Shown here piece by piece: positions 28,418 through 36,343 of a stretch of 64,000 nucleotides of DNA. Numbering within the stretch: the stretch's first letter is position 1; each line of letters begins with the position of its first letter. The DNA comes from Candidatus Campbellbacteria bacterium (GTDB taxonomy: Bacteria; Patescibacteriota; Minisyncoccia; Phycocordibacterales; EsbW-18): contig BTUR01000001.1 of assembly GCA_045863475.1 (NCBI GenBank), positions 59,846 to 123,845 of the forward strand, read 5' to 3'. The notes under the pieces were generated by a model. That model made no database searches, had not been told where the DNA came from, and saw only the letters and a program-made list of their open reading frames with translations. Position numbers and translations under genes: made by a program.

Positions 28418-28960
28418 CTAATCAAGAATTAAATAACCACACCAAACATTGTTCTTATCGACACCAATCCCATCATCTCCATAAGCACATTCAAAATATT
28501 GAGATGACTCATCCAAATGGAATGTCTGGGCGTCTGCGCCCTCCAACAATACGATCCCGTGACCAGCCATCACGTTATCATAAAACCAGACGTATTTACC
28601 TGATTTAAAAAATTCTGGGTCACCTCCCTCGGAAAACTTTTTTCCTGATGTAAGACCAACCGCTTTTGAAAGTTCTATATCATAATCTTCCGGTTTAACC
28701 CAAGAACCATACACCTGACCATTTGATGTAATGACACAAAAATTTTTGTTGTATCCACAATTAACTTTTGATGTGTCTTTAGACTGGGAAAGCACACTGT
28801 TTAATGTACCCGCCCATTCTTCACTTGCTTGTTGTGTTGTATTTATTAATTTTTGTTTTTTTAAATAAACCAATGCCCCAACGAGGGTTAGAAAAACTAC
28901 AAGAAAAATAGCGACGTAGGTGGCCGTCTTAAATGTAATTTTCAAATCAAACGACTTCAT
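28418..28960 (-). CDS. Hypothetical membrane-anchored protein (AT-rich gene, ~38% GC)
   Basis: N-terminal TM helix; intact ORF; compositionally distinct from flanking genes. Confidence 0.45.
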   Translation of the reverse strand: MKSFDLKITFKTATYVAIFLVVFLTLVGALVYLKKQKLINTTQQASEEWAGTLNSVLSQSKDTSKVNCGYNKNFCVITSNGQVYGSWVKPEDYDIELSKAVGLTSGKKFSEGGDPEFFKSGKYVWFYDNVMAGHGIVLLEGADAQTFHLDESSQYFECAYGDDGIGVDKNNVWCGYLILD

Positions 28961-28972
28961 GTCTAAAAATTG

Positions 28973-29650
28973 TTATAAATTTTTTAAACGTTCAATGGTT
29001 GCCTTGATGTTCTCACTGCCGAATATTGCAGAACCTGATACGAGCTTCGTTGCGCCTGCGTCCACAAGCTGTGGTGCGGTCTCCTCGGAAACACCGATAT
29101 CAACGGCAATGGGAAGTTCCGGATAACGTGCGCGTATCTCCTCAATTTTCTCGTACACACGCTCATCCAACGAGACGCCGTGGTATCCGATATCATCACT
29201 GCCCATGCACTGCACAAAATCCGGCACGCCGTGCGCTTCAAGTATGGAGAACAACACCTCGTTGGGGGTACTCGGTGTAATCGCCCACCCCACTTCAATA
29301 TCTGCATCTTTCAGTTTCTTAAAAATATCCCCGTGAGCTTTGGTACTCTCAATGTGCACCACCGCTGCAGCAACGCCAACTCGTATCCACGTGTCAATTT
29401 CTTTTTCTGGCTCGTCGATGAGCAAATCCACTTCGTAGTTTATTTCATCCCACAGCGGCAACCCTTCGTCCTCAGATGCAAGCCGCTGCATGTGTCCGTC
29501 GTCGCCGTTGTACGGCCATGTTTTTGACGGCGCGTAGGTACCGTCCGCAACATCCAACTGCACACGCGACACAGAACTGCGAACCAGTCCCGCCTTCGCG
29601 GTTATGTCTTCGTAGGTATCAGGAATGATTGCCGGTACGACTTCAATCAT
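28973..29650 (-). CDS. rpe: Ribulose-phosphate 3-epimerase (divergent)
   Basis: QLDVADG..., VDIGVSEETAPQLVDAGATKLVSGSAIF C-terminal signature; start set at MIEVVP (8-nt overlap with rpiB end). Confidence 0.65.
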   Translation of the reverse strand: MIEVVPAIIPDTYEDITAKAGLVRSSVSRVQLDVADGTYAPSKTWPYNGDDGHMQRLASEDEGLPLWDEINYEVDLLIDEPEKEIDTWIRVGVAAAVVHIESTKAHGDIFKKLKDADIEVGWAITPSTPNEVLFSILEAHGVPDFVQCMGSDDIGYHGVSLDERVYEKIEEIRARYPELPIAVDIGVSEETAPQLVDAGATKLVSGSAIFGSENIKATIERLKNL

Positions 29651-30119
29651 CGAGTTTTTTGATGCGTCGAAGGTGACGCTCTTCTCCGGGAAAACGCATC
29701 GAGAGCCATTCCTCAACGACCGCACCCGCCTCCTCAGGAGAGACGAAGGATGCACCGATAGCAAGCACGTTTGCGTCGTTGTCTTCACACACCGACTCAA
29801 TGAGGCTCTTCTGCGGCCCTGTTTTTGCGGTTTGCGAATACGGCTCACGCTCGCCGTAGTACACCACCGAACGTACACCCTTTATGCGGTTTGCCGCAAT
29901 GCTTTCACCTTGGCCTGATGAACCGATGATGATGCCGCGCTCAGCATCACGGCCGGCAACGGAGTGCGCAACGGGAAATACAAAGTCAGGATAATCGTCG
30001 TTTGGGTCTAGTGCGTACGCACCGAAATCTTTTACCTCATGACCGAGCGATGTGATAAACGTTTTCAGCTGTTCTTTGAGGGCGAACCCCGCGTGGTCTG
30101 CTCCGATTGCTATTTTCAT
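29643..30119 (-). CDS. rpiB: Ribose-5-phosphate isomerase B
   Basis: MKIAIGADHAGF...GIIIGSSGQGESIAANRIKG RpiB/LacAB family. Confidence 0.9.
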   Translation of the reverse strand: MKIAIGADHAGFALKEQLKTFITSLGHEVKDFGAYALDPNDDYPDFVFPVAHSVAGRDAERGIIIGSSGQGESIAANRIKGVRSVVYYGEREPYSQTAKTGPQKSLIESVCEDNDANVLAIGASFVSPEEAGAVVEEWLSMRFPGEERHLRRIKKLDD

Positions 30120-30127
30120 ATAGATTT

Positions 30128-31147
30128 TTACAAGCTAGCTGACATTTTTCGCACATGCTGAACAAGTGTTGCGCAATAGCCGACTTCGTTGTCGTACCAC
30201 GACATCACCTTCACGAGATTTCCCGCAACGACGCGTGTCATGTTGCTGTCAACAATTGCCCCGTACTGCTCCCCGACGATATCTGACGACACGAGCTCGT
30301 CATCGGAAACTTTAAGGATCCCCTGCCAGCGCGCGTCTGCAGCCGCCTTACGCAAAATGTCGTTTACTTCCTCAGCGGTCGTGTCGCGTGAAGTTACCAT
30401 CGTCGTGTCGGCAATGGAGCCGACAATGACGGGTACGCGAACGGCGATACCGTCGAATTTTCCTTCCAAATCGGTAAGTGCTTTCGTCACCGCGATTGCA
30501 GCACCGGTCGTCGTCGGCACAATGTTCGCCGCCGCCGCACGTCCTTCACGCCAGCCGCGCGCATTCGGCGCATCCTGCAAACTCTGCGACTGCGTGTACC
30601 CGTGCACGGTGTTAAGAATTGCTTTTTCGACACCGAGCGCTTCGTGGATAACCTGAATTATGGGAGATGCGGCGTTTGTTGTGCACGATGCGTTAGAGGT
30701 GATATCACACGTCTTGAGTTTTTCTTCGTTGATACCCATCAGAACCGTCGCCACTTCGATACCGGGAACACTGTCGCCTTTTGCCGGTGCGGTAATGACA
30801 ACTTTGCTGGCACCCGCGTCGAGGTGTTGCTTTGCGTCCTCATACTTCGTGTAGTGTCCGGAGCTCTCAATGACAATATCGATATCGAGTTTCTTCCATG
30901 GAAGCTTTGCCGCCTCTTTTTCTTGCAAGAATGCGATATCTTTTCCGTTAATGGTGAGCACGCCGTCTTTTGACTCAACATCTATGCCCGATCTTCCGTA
31001 CACCGAGTCGTACTTCAGGAGATACGCAAGGTTGTGTGCGTCGCCGAGGTCATTGATGGCGACAATATCAAGTTCCGGATACTTGAGCGCGAGTTTCAAA
31101 AACGCCCTGCCGATGCGACCAAAACCGTTTATTGCAATGCGAGCCAT
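30128..31147 (-). CDS. gap: Glyceraldehyde-3-phosphate dehydrogenase
   Basis: INGFGRIGR, SNASCTTNA active-site motif. Confidence 0.95.
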   Translation of the reverse strand: MARIAINGFGRIGRAFLKLALKYPELDIVAINDLGDAHNLAYLLKYDSVYGRSGIDVESKDGVLTINGKDIAFLQEKEAAKLPWKKLDIDIVIESSGHYTKYEDAKQHLDAGASKVVITAPAKGDSVPGIEVATVLMGINEEKLKTCDITSNASCTTNAASPIIQVIHEALGVEKAILNTVHGYTQSQSLQDAPNARGWREGRAAAANIVPTTTGAAIAVTKALTDLEGKFDGIAVRVPVIVGSIADTTMVTSRDTTAEEVNDILRKAAADARWQGILKVSDDELVSSDIVGEQYGAIVDSNMTRVVAGNLVKVMSWYDNEVGYCATLVQHVRKMSASL

Positions 31148-31311
31148 ACGCGTGGGGATTAGTGAATGGTGAATAGTGAAAGGGACTACTGCAGTAAAAA
31201 GTATACCATGCAGGGACTGCGTTCTCGGTGTACGCTCGGAAAAATTGACACATCACTATTTATTGTGGTATCGTACGCACAGATTTTCGGACCTTCGAAA
31301 GGAGAACAGCG

Positions 31312-31587
31312 TTGAAAACGCTCGGTGAAGCACGCAAGCAGATGGAACGCCTGCGCATCAAGATGGCAATCTTCGGCGTCCACTCAGAGCACAAGCAGGA
31401 GCTCGAGTTTCGAGCCGAGGAGATCGTTCGGATCTTCATCGAGGAGAATGCTGTGGGTAAGGGAGTGAGCGCTCCTGATGACGGTGTGCTCGGCACCCGG
31501 AGCTCCGAGCTCCTCGACGCTACTGTCGAGTGGTTCAAAACCATCGAATCCACGTGGGTTCCACAGGAAGCCCTGGAAGTTTCCTGA
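31312..31587 (+). CDS. Hypothetical small protein (TTG start)
   Basis: RBS aaaggaga 7 nt upstream of TTG; followed by strong terminator; putative TTGACA-type promoter at ~31236. Confidence 0.4.
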   Translation: MKTLGEARKQMERLRIKMAIFGVHSEHKQELEFRAEEIVRIFIEENAVGKGVSAPDDGVLGTRSSELLDATVEWFKTIESTWVPQEALEVS

Positions 31588-31595
31588 CTCGCAGC

Positions 31596-31632
31596 ACACG
31601 AAAACGCCGTCCCGGCTTCCGGGACGGCATCG
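31596..31632. terminator. Bidirectional rho-independent terminator
   Basis: aaaacgccgtcccggcttccgggacggcatcgtttttt. Confidence 0.7.
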
Positions 31633-31636
31633 TTTT

Positions 31637-33040
31637 TTATGAAAGCTTTTCCTTGAGAAGCTTCGCGAGCACCCCGGGGTTCGCCGAACCTTTTGAGAGT
31701 TTCATGCCCTGCCCCACGAGGAACTGCAGCGATGCTTCCTTACCCGCTTTGTATTCTGCAACCACTTTTTCGTTTTGTGCGATAACGTCATCAACGATCG
31801 CGCCAATCGCACCTTCATCGCTTTGCTGCAGCAATCCTTCCCGTTCCGCAATTTCTTTCGGGTTACCGCCCTGGGCCACCATAACAGCGAGCGTATCTTT
31901 TGCGCCGCGTGATGAAAGTTCATTGCCTGCAACCATCCGAATCAATTCCGCGAAGTCACCGGGTGCCACGGTAATCTCTTGCGCACCTTTAAGCAATCCT
32001 GCGAGGTCAGCGGCAATGTAGTTAGCGGCAAGCAAAATCATTTTCGTATCATCACCGAGTTCTTTTGTAACCGCCTCGAAGAAATTGCCGAATACGACAT
32101 CGCCTCGAAACATATTCGCGTCTTCCTGCTTGAGTCCGAATGCGAGGTATCGCTCTTTCTTCTCCCACGGCAATTCCGGTAATTCTTTTTTGAGCGCATC
32201 AACTGAAAACTCGGGAATCTCGGAGATTTTCAGTTTCGGCAAATCAGGTTCCGGGAAATAACGATAGTCATGTGACGATTCTTTCTCGCGCTGTGAGAAT
32301 GTCTCACCTTTCTCATCGTCCCATCCACGGGTTTCCTGCACAATCTTTTCTCCCGCCTCAAGTGCGGCGATTTGCCGCTGTGTCTCGTACTCAATTGCTT
32401 TTTCCGCGGCGCGGAACGAGTTGATGTTTTTTATTTCCGTCTTTGTTCCTAGTGTGCCGTCTTTTGAGACCGAAATATTTACCTCAACACGCAAATGTCC
32501 TTTTTCCATGTCCGCGTCCGACACGCCGAGGTAGCGCAGTAGGAGCTGCAGCTCACGCGCAAAGTCGCCCGCCTCTTTCGACGAGTGAATGACAGGTTCG
32601 GTCACGAGCTCCATCAAAGGCACGCCGGCGCGGTTGAAGTCCACCAATGAGTGATCGCCCTCGTGCTGAGAGCGCGCCGTGTCTTCTTCCAAGTGAATAC
32701 GCGTCAGTGCAACGCCGTTTAAACTGCCGCCGGAGACCAGCGGATACGCGTACTGGCTGATTTGGTAACCTTTCGGGATATCAGGGTAAAAATAATTCTT
32801 CCGGTCGAATTCCGTGTAGTCCGCCAATGTTCCGCCGACGGCGACACCGACCTTCAGCACGTGCTTCACCGCCTCGCGGTTGATGACCGGAAGCGTGCCC
32901 GGATGCGCCATACACACCGGACACACGTTCCAGTTCGGACGCTTCTCGTCCGGGTCATTCTTTGAATCGCAGAACATCTTCGTCTGCGTTTTGAGCTCGG
33001 CGTGAATCTCGAGCCCTATCGTGGGCGTGTACTCCGTCAT
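31637..33040 (-). CDS. gatB: Asp-tRNA(Asn)/Glu-tRNA(Gln) amidotransferase subunit B
   Basis: GatB N-terminal IGLEIHAEL..., central and C-terminal YqeY-like domain. Confidence 0.95.
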   Translation of the reverse strand: MTEYTPTIGLEIHAELKTQTKMFCDSKNDPDEKRPNWNVCPVCMAHPGTLPVINREAVKHVLKVGVAVGGTLADYTEFDRKNYFYPDIPKGYQISQYAYPLVSGGSLNGVALTRIHLEEDTARSQHEGDHSLVDFNRAGVPLMELVTEPVIHSSKEAGDFARELQLLLRYLGVSDADMEKGHLRVEVNISVSKDGTLGTKTEIKNINSFRAAEKAIEYETQRQIAALEAGEKIVQETRGWDDEKGETFSQREKESSHDYRYFPEPDLPKLKISEIPEFSVDALKKELPELPWEKKERYLAFGLKQEDANMFRGDVVFGNFFEAVTKELGDDTKMILLAANYIAADLAGLLKGAQEITVAPGDFAELIRMVAGNELSSRGAKDTLAVMVAQGGNPKEIAEREGLLQQSDEGAIGAIVDDVIAQNEKVVAEYKAGKEASLQFLVGQGMKLSKGSANPGVLAKLLKEKLS

Positions 33041-33052
33041 GACCTCATTATA

Positions 33053-34045
33053 CTAGCGTCCTTCCAATTCGCCCATGCGCCGAGAAAGCTCGTCGGAGAG
33101 GTCTTTCAGCGACGCATCATCGTATATAGAAACCGTTAGTATCCGATCCTGCGGGATACCTGCGCGGGCAGAGAACTCTTTCTTCCGCTCCTGTACTTCC
33201 TCCGGCTGGAGTAAATCTGTTTTTGTCAGCAGGACGACTTCCGACTTATCGGAAAGCTCGCTAGAGTATTTTGAAAGCTCGCGGCGTACCGTGGTGTAGG
33301 CGTCAGCAGGATCTTCGTGCTCAAGTGAGATGCAGTGTACAACCATCTTCGTCCGTTTGATGTGACGTAAAAATTTGTGTCCCAATCCCCTTCCTTCCGA
33401 CGCGCCCTCAATAAGTCCCGGAATATCAGCGAGCACGTATCCGTACAAAACACCCAAAGAAGGATTAAGTGTGGTAAACGCGTACGCACCGACTTTTGCA
33501 TGTGCACCGGTGAGTGCGTTGAGTAAACTGCTCTTGCCCGCATTCGGCATACCAATGAAACCTGCGTCCACAACGAGCTGGAGTTCGATATCAACATCCG
33601 TTTCCTCACCCGGTTTTCCTTTCGTCGACTGTAGCGGTGTTACGTTACGTGAACCTTTGAAGTGTTCGTTGCCGTACCCGCCGTTACCGCCAACGAGAAT
33701 GGTTTCGCGCTGGCCGTCGGCAAGCAACTCCCACGTCTGCCCGGTATCCCGTCGCGTAACAATGGAACCCACCGGAACCTGGAGGATAAAATCCTCACCG
33801 TTGCGTCCCTCTTTACTGCGTCCTCCGCCGGGCGCACCGTCCTCCGCGTCATAATTCTTTTGGTCCATGTAGCGCTCAAGCACCGAGAGGTCACGAATGG
33901 CCTCCACAACAACGTCACCGCCGCGCCCGCCATTGCCTCCGGCCGCACCTGAAAACTCCTTGCCTTTCAAGTGCAGCCAACGGACAACGCCGTCGCCGCC
34001 GCGTCCCGCTTTTAGATGTAGATGTAGTTCGTCGATGAATGCCAT
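33053..34045 (-). CDS. obg: GTPase Obg
   Basis: Obg fold N-terminal Gly-rich domain (GGDGGRGG), G-domain GxPNAGKS. Confidence 0.95.
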   Translation of the reverse strand: MAFIDELHLHLKAGRGGDGVVRWLHLKGKEFSGAAGGNGGRGGDVVVEAIRDLSVLERYMDQKNYDAEDGAPGGGRSKEGRNGEDFILQVPVGSIVTRRDTGQTWELLADGQRETILVGGNGGYGNEHFKGSRNVTPLQSTKGKPGEETDVDIELQLVVDAGFIGMPNAGKSSLLNALTGAHAKVGAYAFTTLNPSLGVLYGYVLADIPGLIEGASEGRGLGHKFLRHIKRTKMVVHCISLEHEDPADAYTTVRRELSKYSSELSDKSEVVLLTKTDLLQPEEVQERKKEFSARAGIPQDRILTVSIYDDASLKDLSDELSRRMGELEGR

Positions 34046-34059
34046 GCGGACACTGTATC

Positions 34060-34087
34060 CTAGAGACGCTAAATAAAAAAGCGGCCC
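34060..34087 (-). terminator. Rho-independent terminator for the 34301..34088 gene
   Basis: Minus strand reads ggccccgtaactcgtaggggcc gcttttttatt. Confidence 0.55.
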
Positions 34088-34301
34088 CTACGAGTTACGG
34101 GGCCGGAGAGAGTGCGGGACGTACGTGCCGTCGCCGCGGAGGAAGGGACGTTCGGAGAAGACCGGCGGATGATCTTCGTACGCTCCGTCACAGACGGCGC
34201 AGGATCTTCCGTCGCGTTGCCCGCCCGGACCCGTGTCCAGCACGAAGGTGTGCCCGCGGCGGACCCGCGCTTCTTGAGACAGACTCTGGGACTGCGACAT
34301 G
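34088..34301 (-). CDS. Small protein (71 aa) of unknown function on a ~66% GC island
   Basis: Strong RBS ggaaggaggacac ATG on minus strand; terminator directly downstream; CxxC-containing; track ORF 34088..34462 trimmed to this start. Confidence 0.45.
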
Positions 34302-34361
34302 TGTCCTCCTTCCTTGAAAACTCTGCAGAAGCTATAGCATGAATGACCGCCTGTGTGCAAC

Positions 34362-35267
34362 TTATGCGGCAAGTGCGATTTCAGCAAGTTTAAGCGCACC
34401 TTCTTTACTGTCGGCAACCGCCATGAAACCTTCACGATGACAAAAGTATGCATCCGGAACACCTGTTACTGCCGCCAGCTCTGCCTCCTGCTTTCCGCGC
34501 CATGCATCCGGAAGAGGTTTTCTGTTGTCGTCATACATCGGAGGATCCACAACGCACACAAGCTGCCATCTGCCACCTTCGTGTTTGCGAATGAAGTAGA
34601 GTGTGTCGGGATGCGCGCCGAGAAACAGTGCGACGAGAATACGGTCAACGACCAAAGACTCGTCAAAGACAATGAGTTGTTTGTTCGGTGCTTTTTCGTA
34701 TGCGTCATCGACAATTGTTTTGATTTCAATCTCTCCTTTCGCCGAGACGATGAGCCGTGTCAAAATCTTCTTCGCAAGTTCGACGGCCTCGAGAAACCCC
34801 TCATCATTGCTCCTGCTCTCGCGCCACATCGGCTCGAAAAGCGACATGACATCTTGCACTAAAAACGGAGGGGTGTTGCGTTCATTGAGCGAGAAGAGTT
34901 TCGTGCCGTTATCGTACGCATCAACCTGCTGAACAAGGCGCGTGTCTATCCGGTCTGCTACTTCCTGCGAGCCGCACACCTGCACGCCGAACTTTTTCCA
35001 TACAAGCCCGAAAGACGCATACGGGATGCCGTTATCGCGCATGCCAGCACCAACTTCTTGGTGGTGGTCAAAGCGATTCTTTGCCTCGTCATAGACAAAT
35101 CCAACATCAAGCACGTAGTCGCCTGCATCAATGAGGGACTGGTCGCGCGTTCGAACGACTTCAATGTTGTCATCACCCAGTAACAGTGCGAGTGTGGCGA
35201 CGGCAAACACATCGTCGGCGTGAAAACCGGCGTTGTGCGTCACGATGCGGATTTTCTTTTCCGCCAT
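34362..35267 (-). CDS. MYG1/UPF0160-family metal-dependent hydrolase
   Basis: THNAGFHADDVFA...RTRD...DVGFVYD...DHHQ signature. Confidence 0.8.
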   Translation of the reverse strand: MAEKKIRIVTHNAGFHADDVFAVATLALLLGDDNIEVVRTRDQSLIDAGDYVLDVGFVYDEAKNRFDHHQEVGAGMRDNGIPYASFGLVWKKFGVQVCGSQEVADRIDTRLVQQVDAYDNGTKLFSLNERNTPPFLVQDVMSLFEPMWRESRSNDEGFLEAVELAKKILTRLIVSAKGEIEIKTIVDDAYEKAPNKQLIVFDESLVVDRILVALFLGAHPDTLYFIRKHEGGRWQLVCVVDPPMYDDNRKPLPDAWRGKQEAELAAVTGVPDAYFCHREGFMAVADSKEGALKLAEIALAA

Positions 35268-35272
35268 GGAGA

Positions 35273-35620
35273 TTAGTCGTTATCCGGAAGCAGTTTGTGG
35301 CCAACCCACACGACAACTGACACCAAGAGAGCACCGAGAAATGCACCGGTGAAACCAAAGACGTTAAACCCGTCAACAAAGTACGATGCGAGCCAGAAGA
35401 GTCCCGCGTTGATGACGAGGGTAAAAAGACCCAGGGTCACGAGGTTAATCGGAAGTGTGAGCAGTATGATAACCGGCTTCACAATAAGGTTGAGCACTGC
35501 GAGCACGACCGCAACGATGAGCGCGACGTAGAAACTCTCAACGGAAACGAATTGCGGCAGCAAGTATGAGGCCGCAAGTACCGCGAGCGCAGTAAGAATA
35601 ATCTTAAAAAGGATACGCAT
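35273..35620 (-). CDS. YvlD/DUF360 (phage holin 4_2 superfamily) small membrane protein
   Basis: 4 TM helices, LLP.F.V.SF..AL..A.VLA.LN..VKP......LP...TLGLF.LVINA pattern. Confidence 0.6.
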   Translation of the reverse strand: MRILFKIILTALAVLAASYLLPQFVSVESFYVALIVAVVLAVLNLIVKPVIILLTLPINLVTLGLFTLVINAGLFWLASYFVDGFNVFGFTGAFLGALLVSVVVWVGHKLLPDND

Positions 35621-35661
35621 AGAAATTGAAATTAACGGATAACGACTAAATAAACCTGAAA

Positions 35662-36339
35662 TTATTGTACCACCTTTTCCGGAGGGGTCGCGGGTGTCTC
35701 CACGAGTCGCGCGCGTCGCTTTCGGTGGTACAGATACGCACCAACAGCAATGAGAACGATGAGAAAAACGATGTTTTGGGTATTTTCAATGACCGTCGCA
35801 TATCGCTGGTAGATATGCGCAAATTCCCAACCCAAGAATCCCGACCACATTGAACGAATAATGGTTCCAAAGAATGTGTAGAGGGCAAACTTACCCAACG
35901 GCCAACGCACCAGACCTGAGAATACGTTGATGGCAACCGACGGCATGAGCGGGAATGAGCGCGCCAAGAAGAATACGACGTCATCCCACGCGTGCCCGCG
36001 CATATATGACTGTATCTTCTCAACATCCTCCCAGGAGAGTCCTGCGTAGCGACCATATCGTAGTACGAGCGGCTTCCCTCCCCAGTACACGACTCCGTAG
36101 ATAATGAGCGAGCCGAGGGTAAGCCCCACCGCAATCGGCAAGCCAACGTACAAAAACATTTTCAGAAATGCCGCCCAGGAAAATGCTTCACCTGCAAGAA
36201 ACACAAACCCTGCGGACACCGTCACGAGTGTTGAAGGTATCGGCGGCACGATTTCCTGTACAAACGCCAACAACAATACTCCCCACGGACCTAGACTGAG
36301 GAATATTGTCTGTATGTACGAGAGGAGACTCTCAATCAT
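35662..36339 (-). CDS. DedA/SNARE-associated (VTT-domain) membrane protein
   Basis: DedA-family topology and VTT-domain motif (F..E...PPIPS..V....G); 4-nt gap to secA. Confidence 0.75.
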   Translation of the reverse strand: MIESLLSYIQTIFLSLGPWGVLLLAFVQEIVPPIPSTLVTVSAGFVFLAGEAFSWAAFLKMFLYVGLPIAVGLTLGSLIIYGVVYWGGKPLVLRYGRYAGLSWEDVEKIQSYMRGHAWDDVVFFLARSFPLMPSVAINVFSGLVRWPLGKFALYTFFGTIIRSMWSGFLGWEFAHIYQRYATVIENTQNIVFLIVLIAVGAYLYHRKRRARLVETPATPPEKVVQ

Positions 36340-36343
36340 GATA

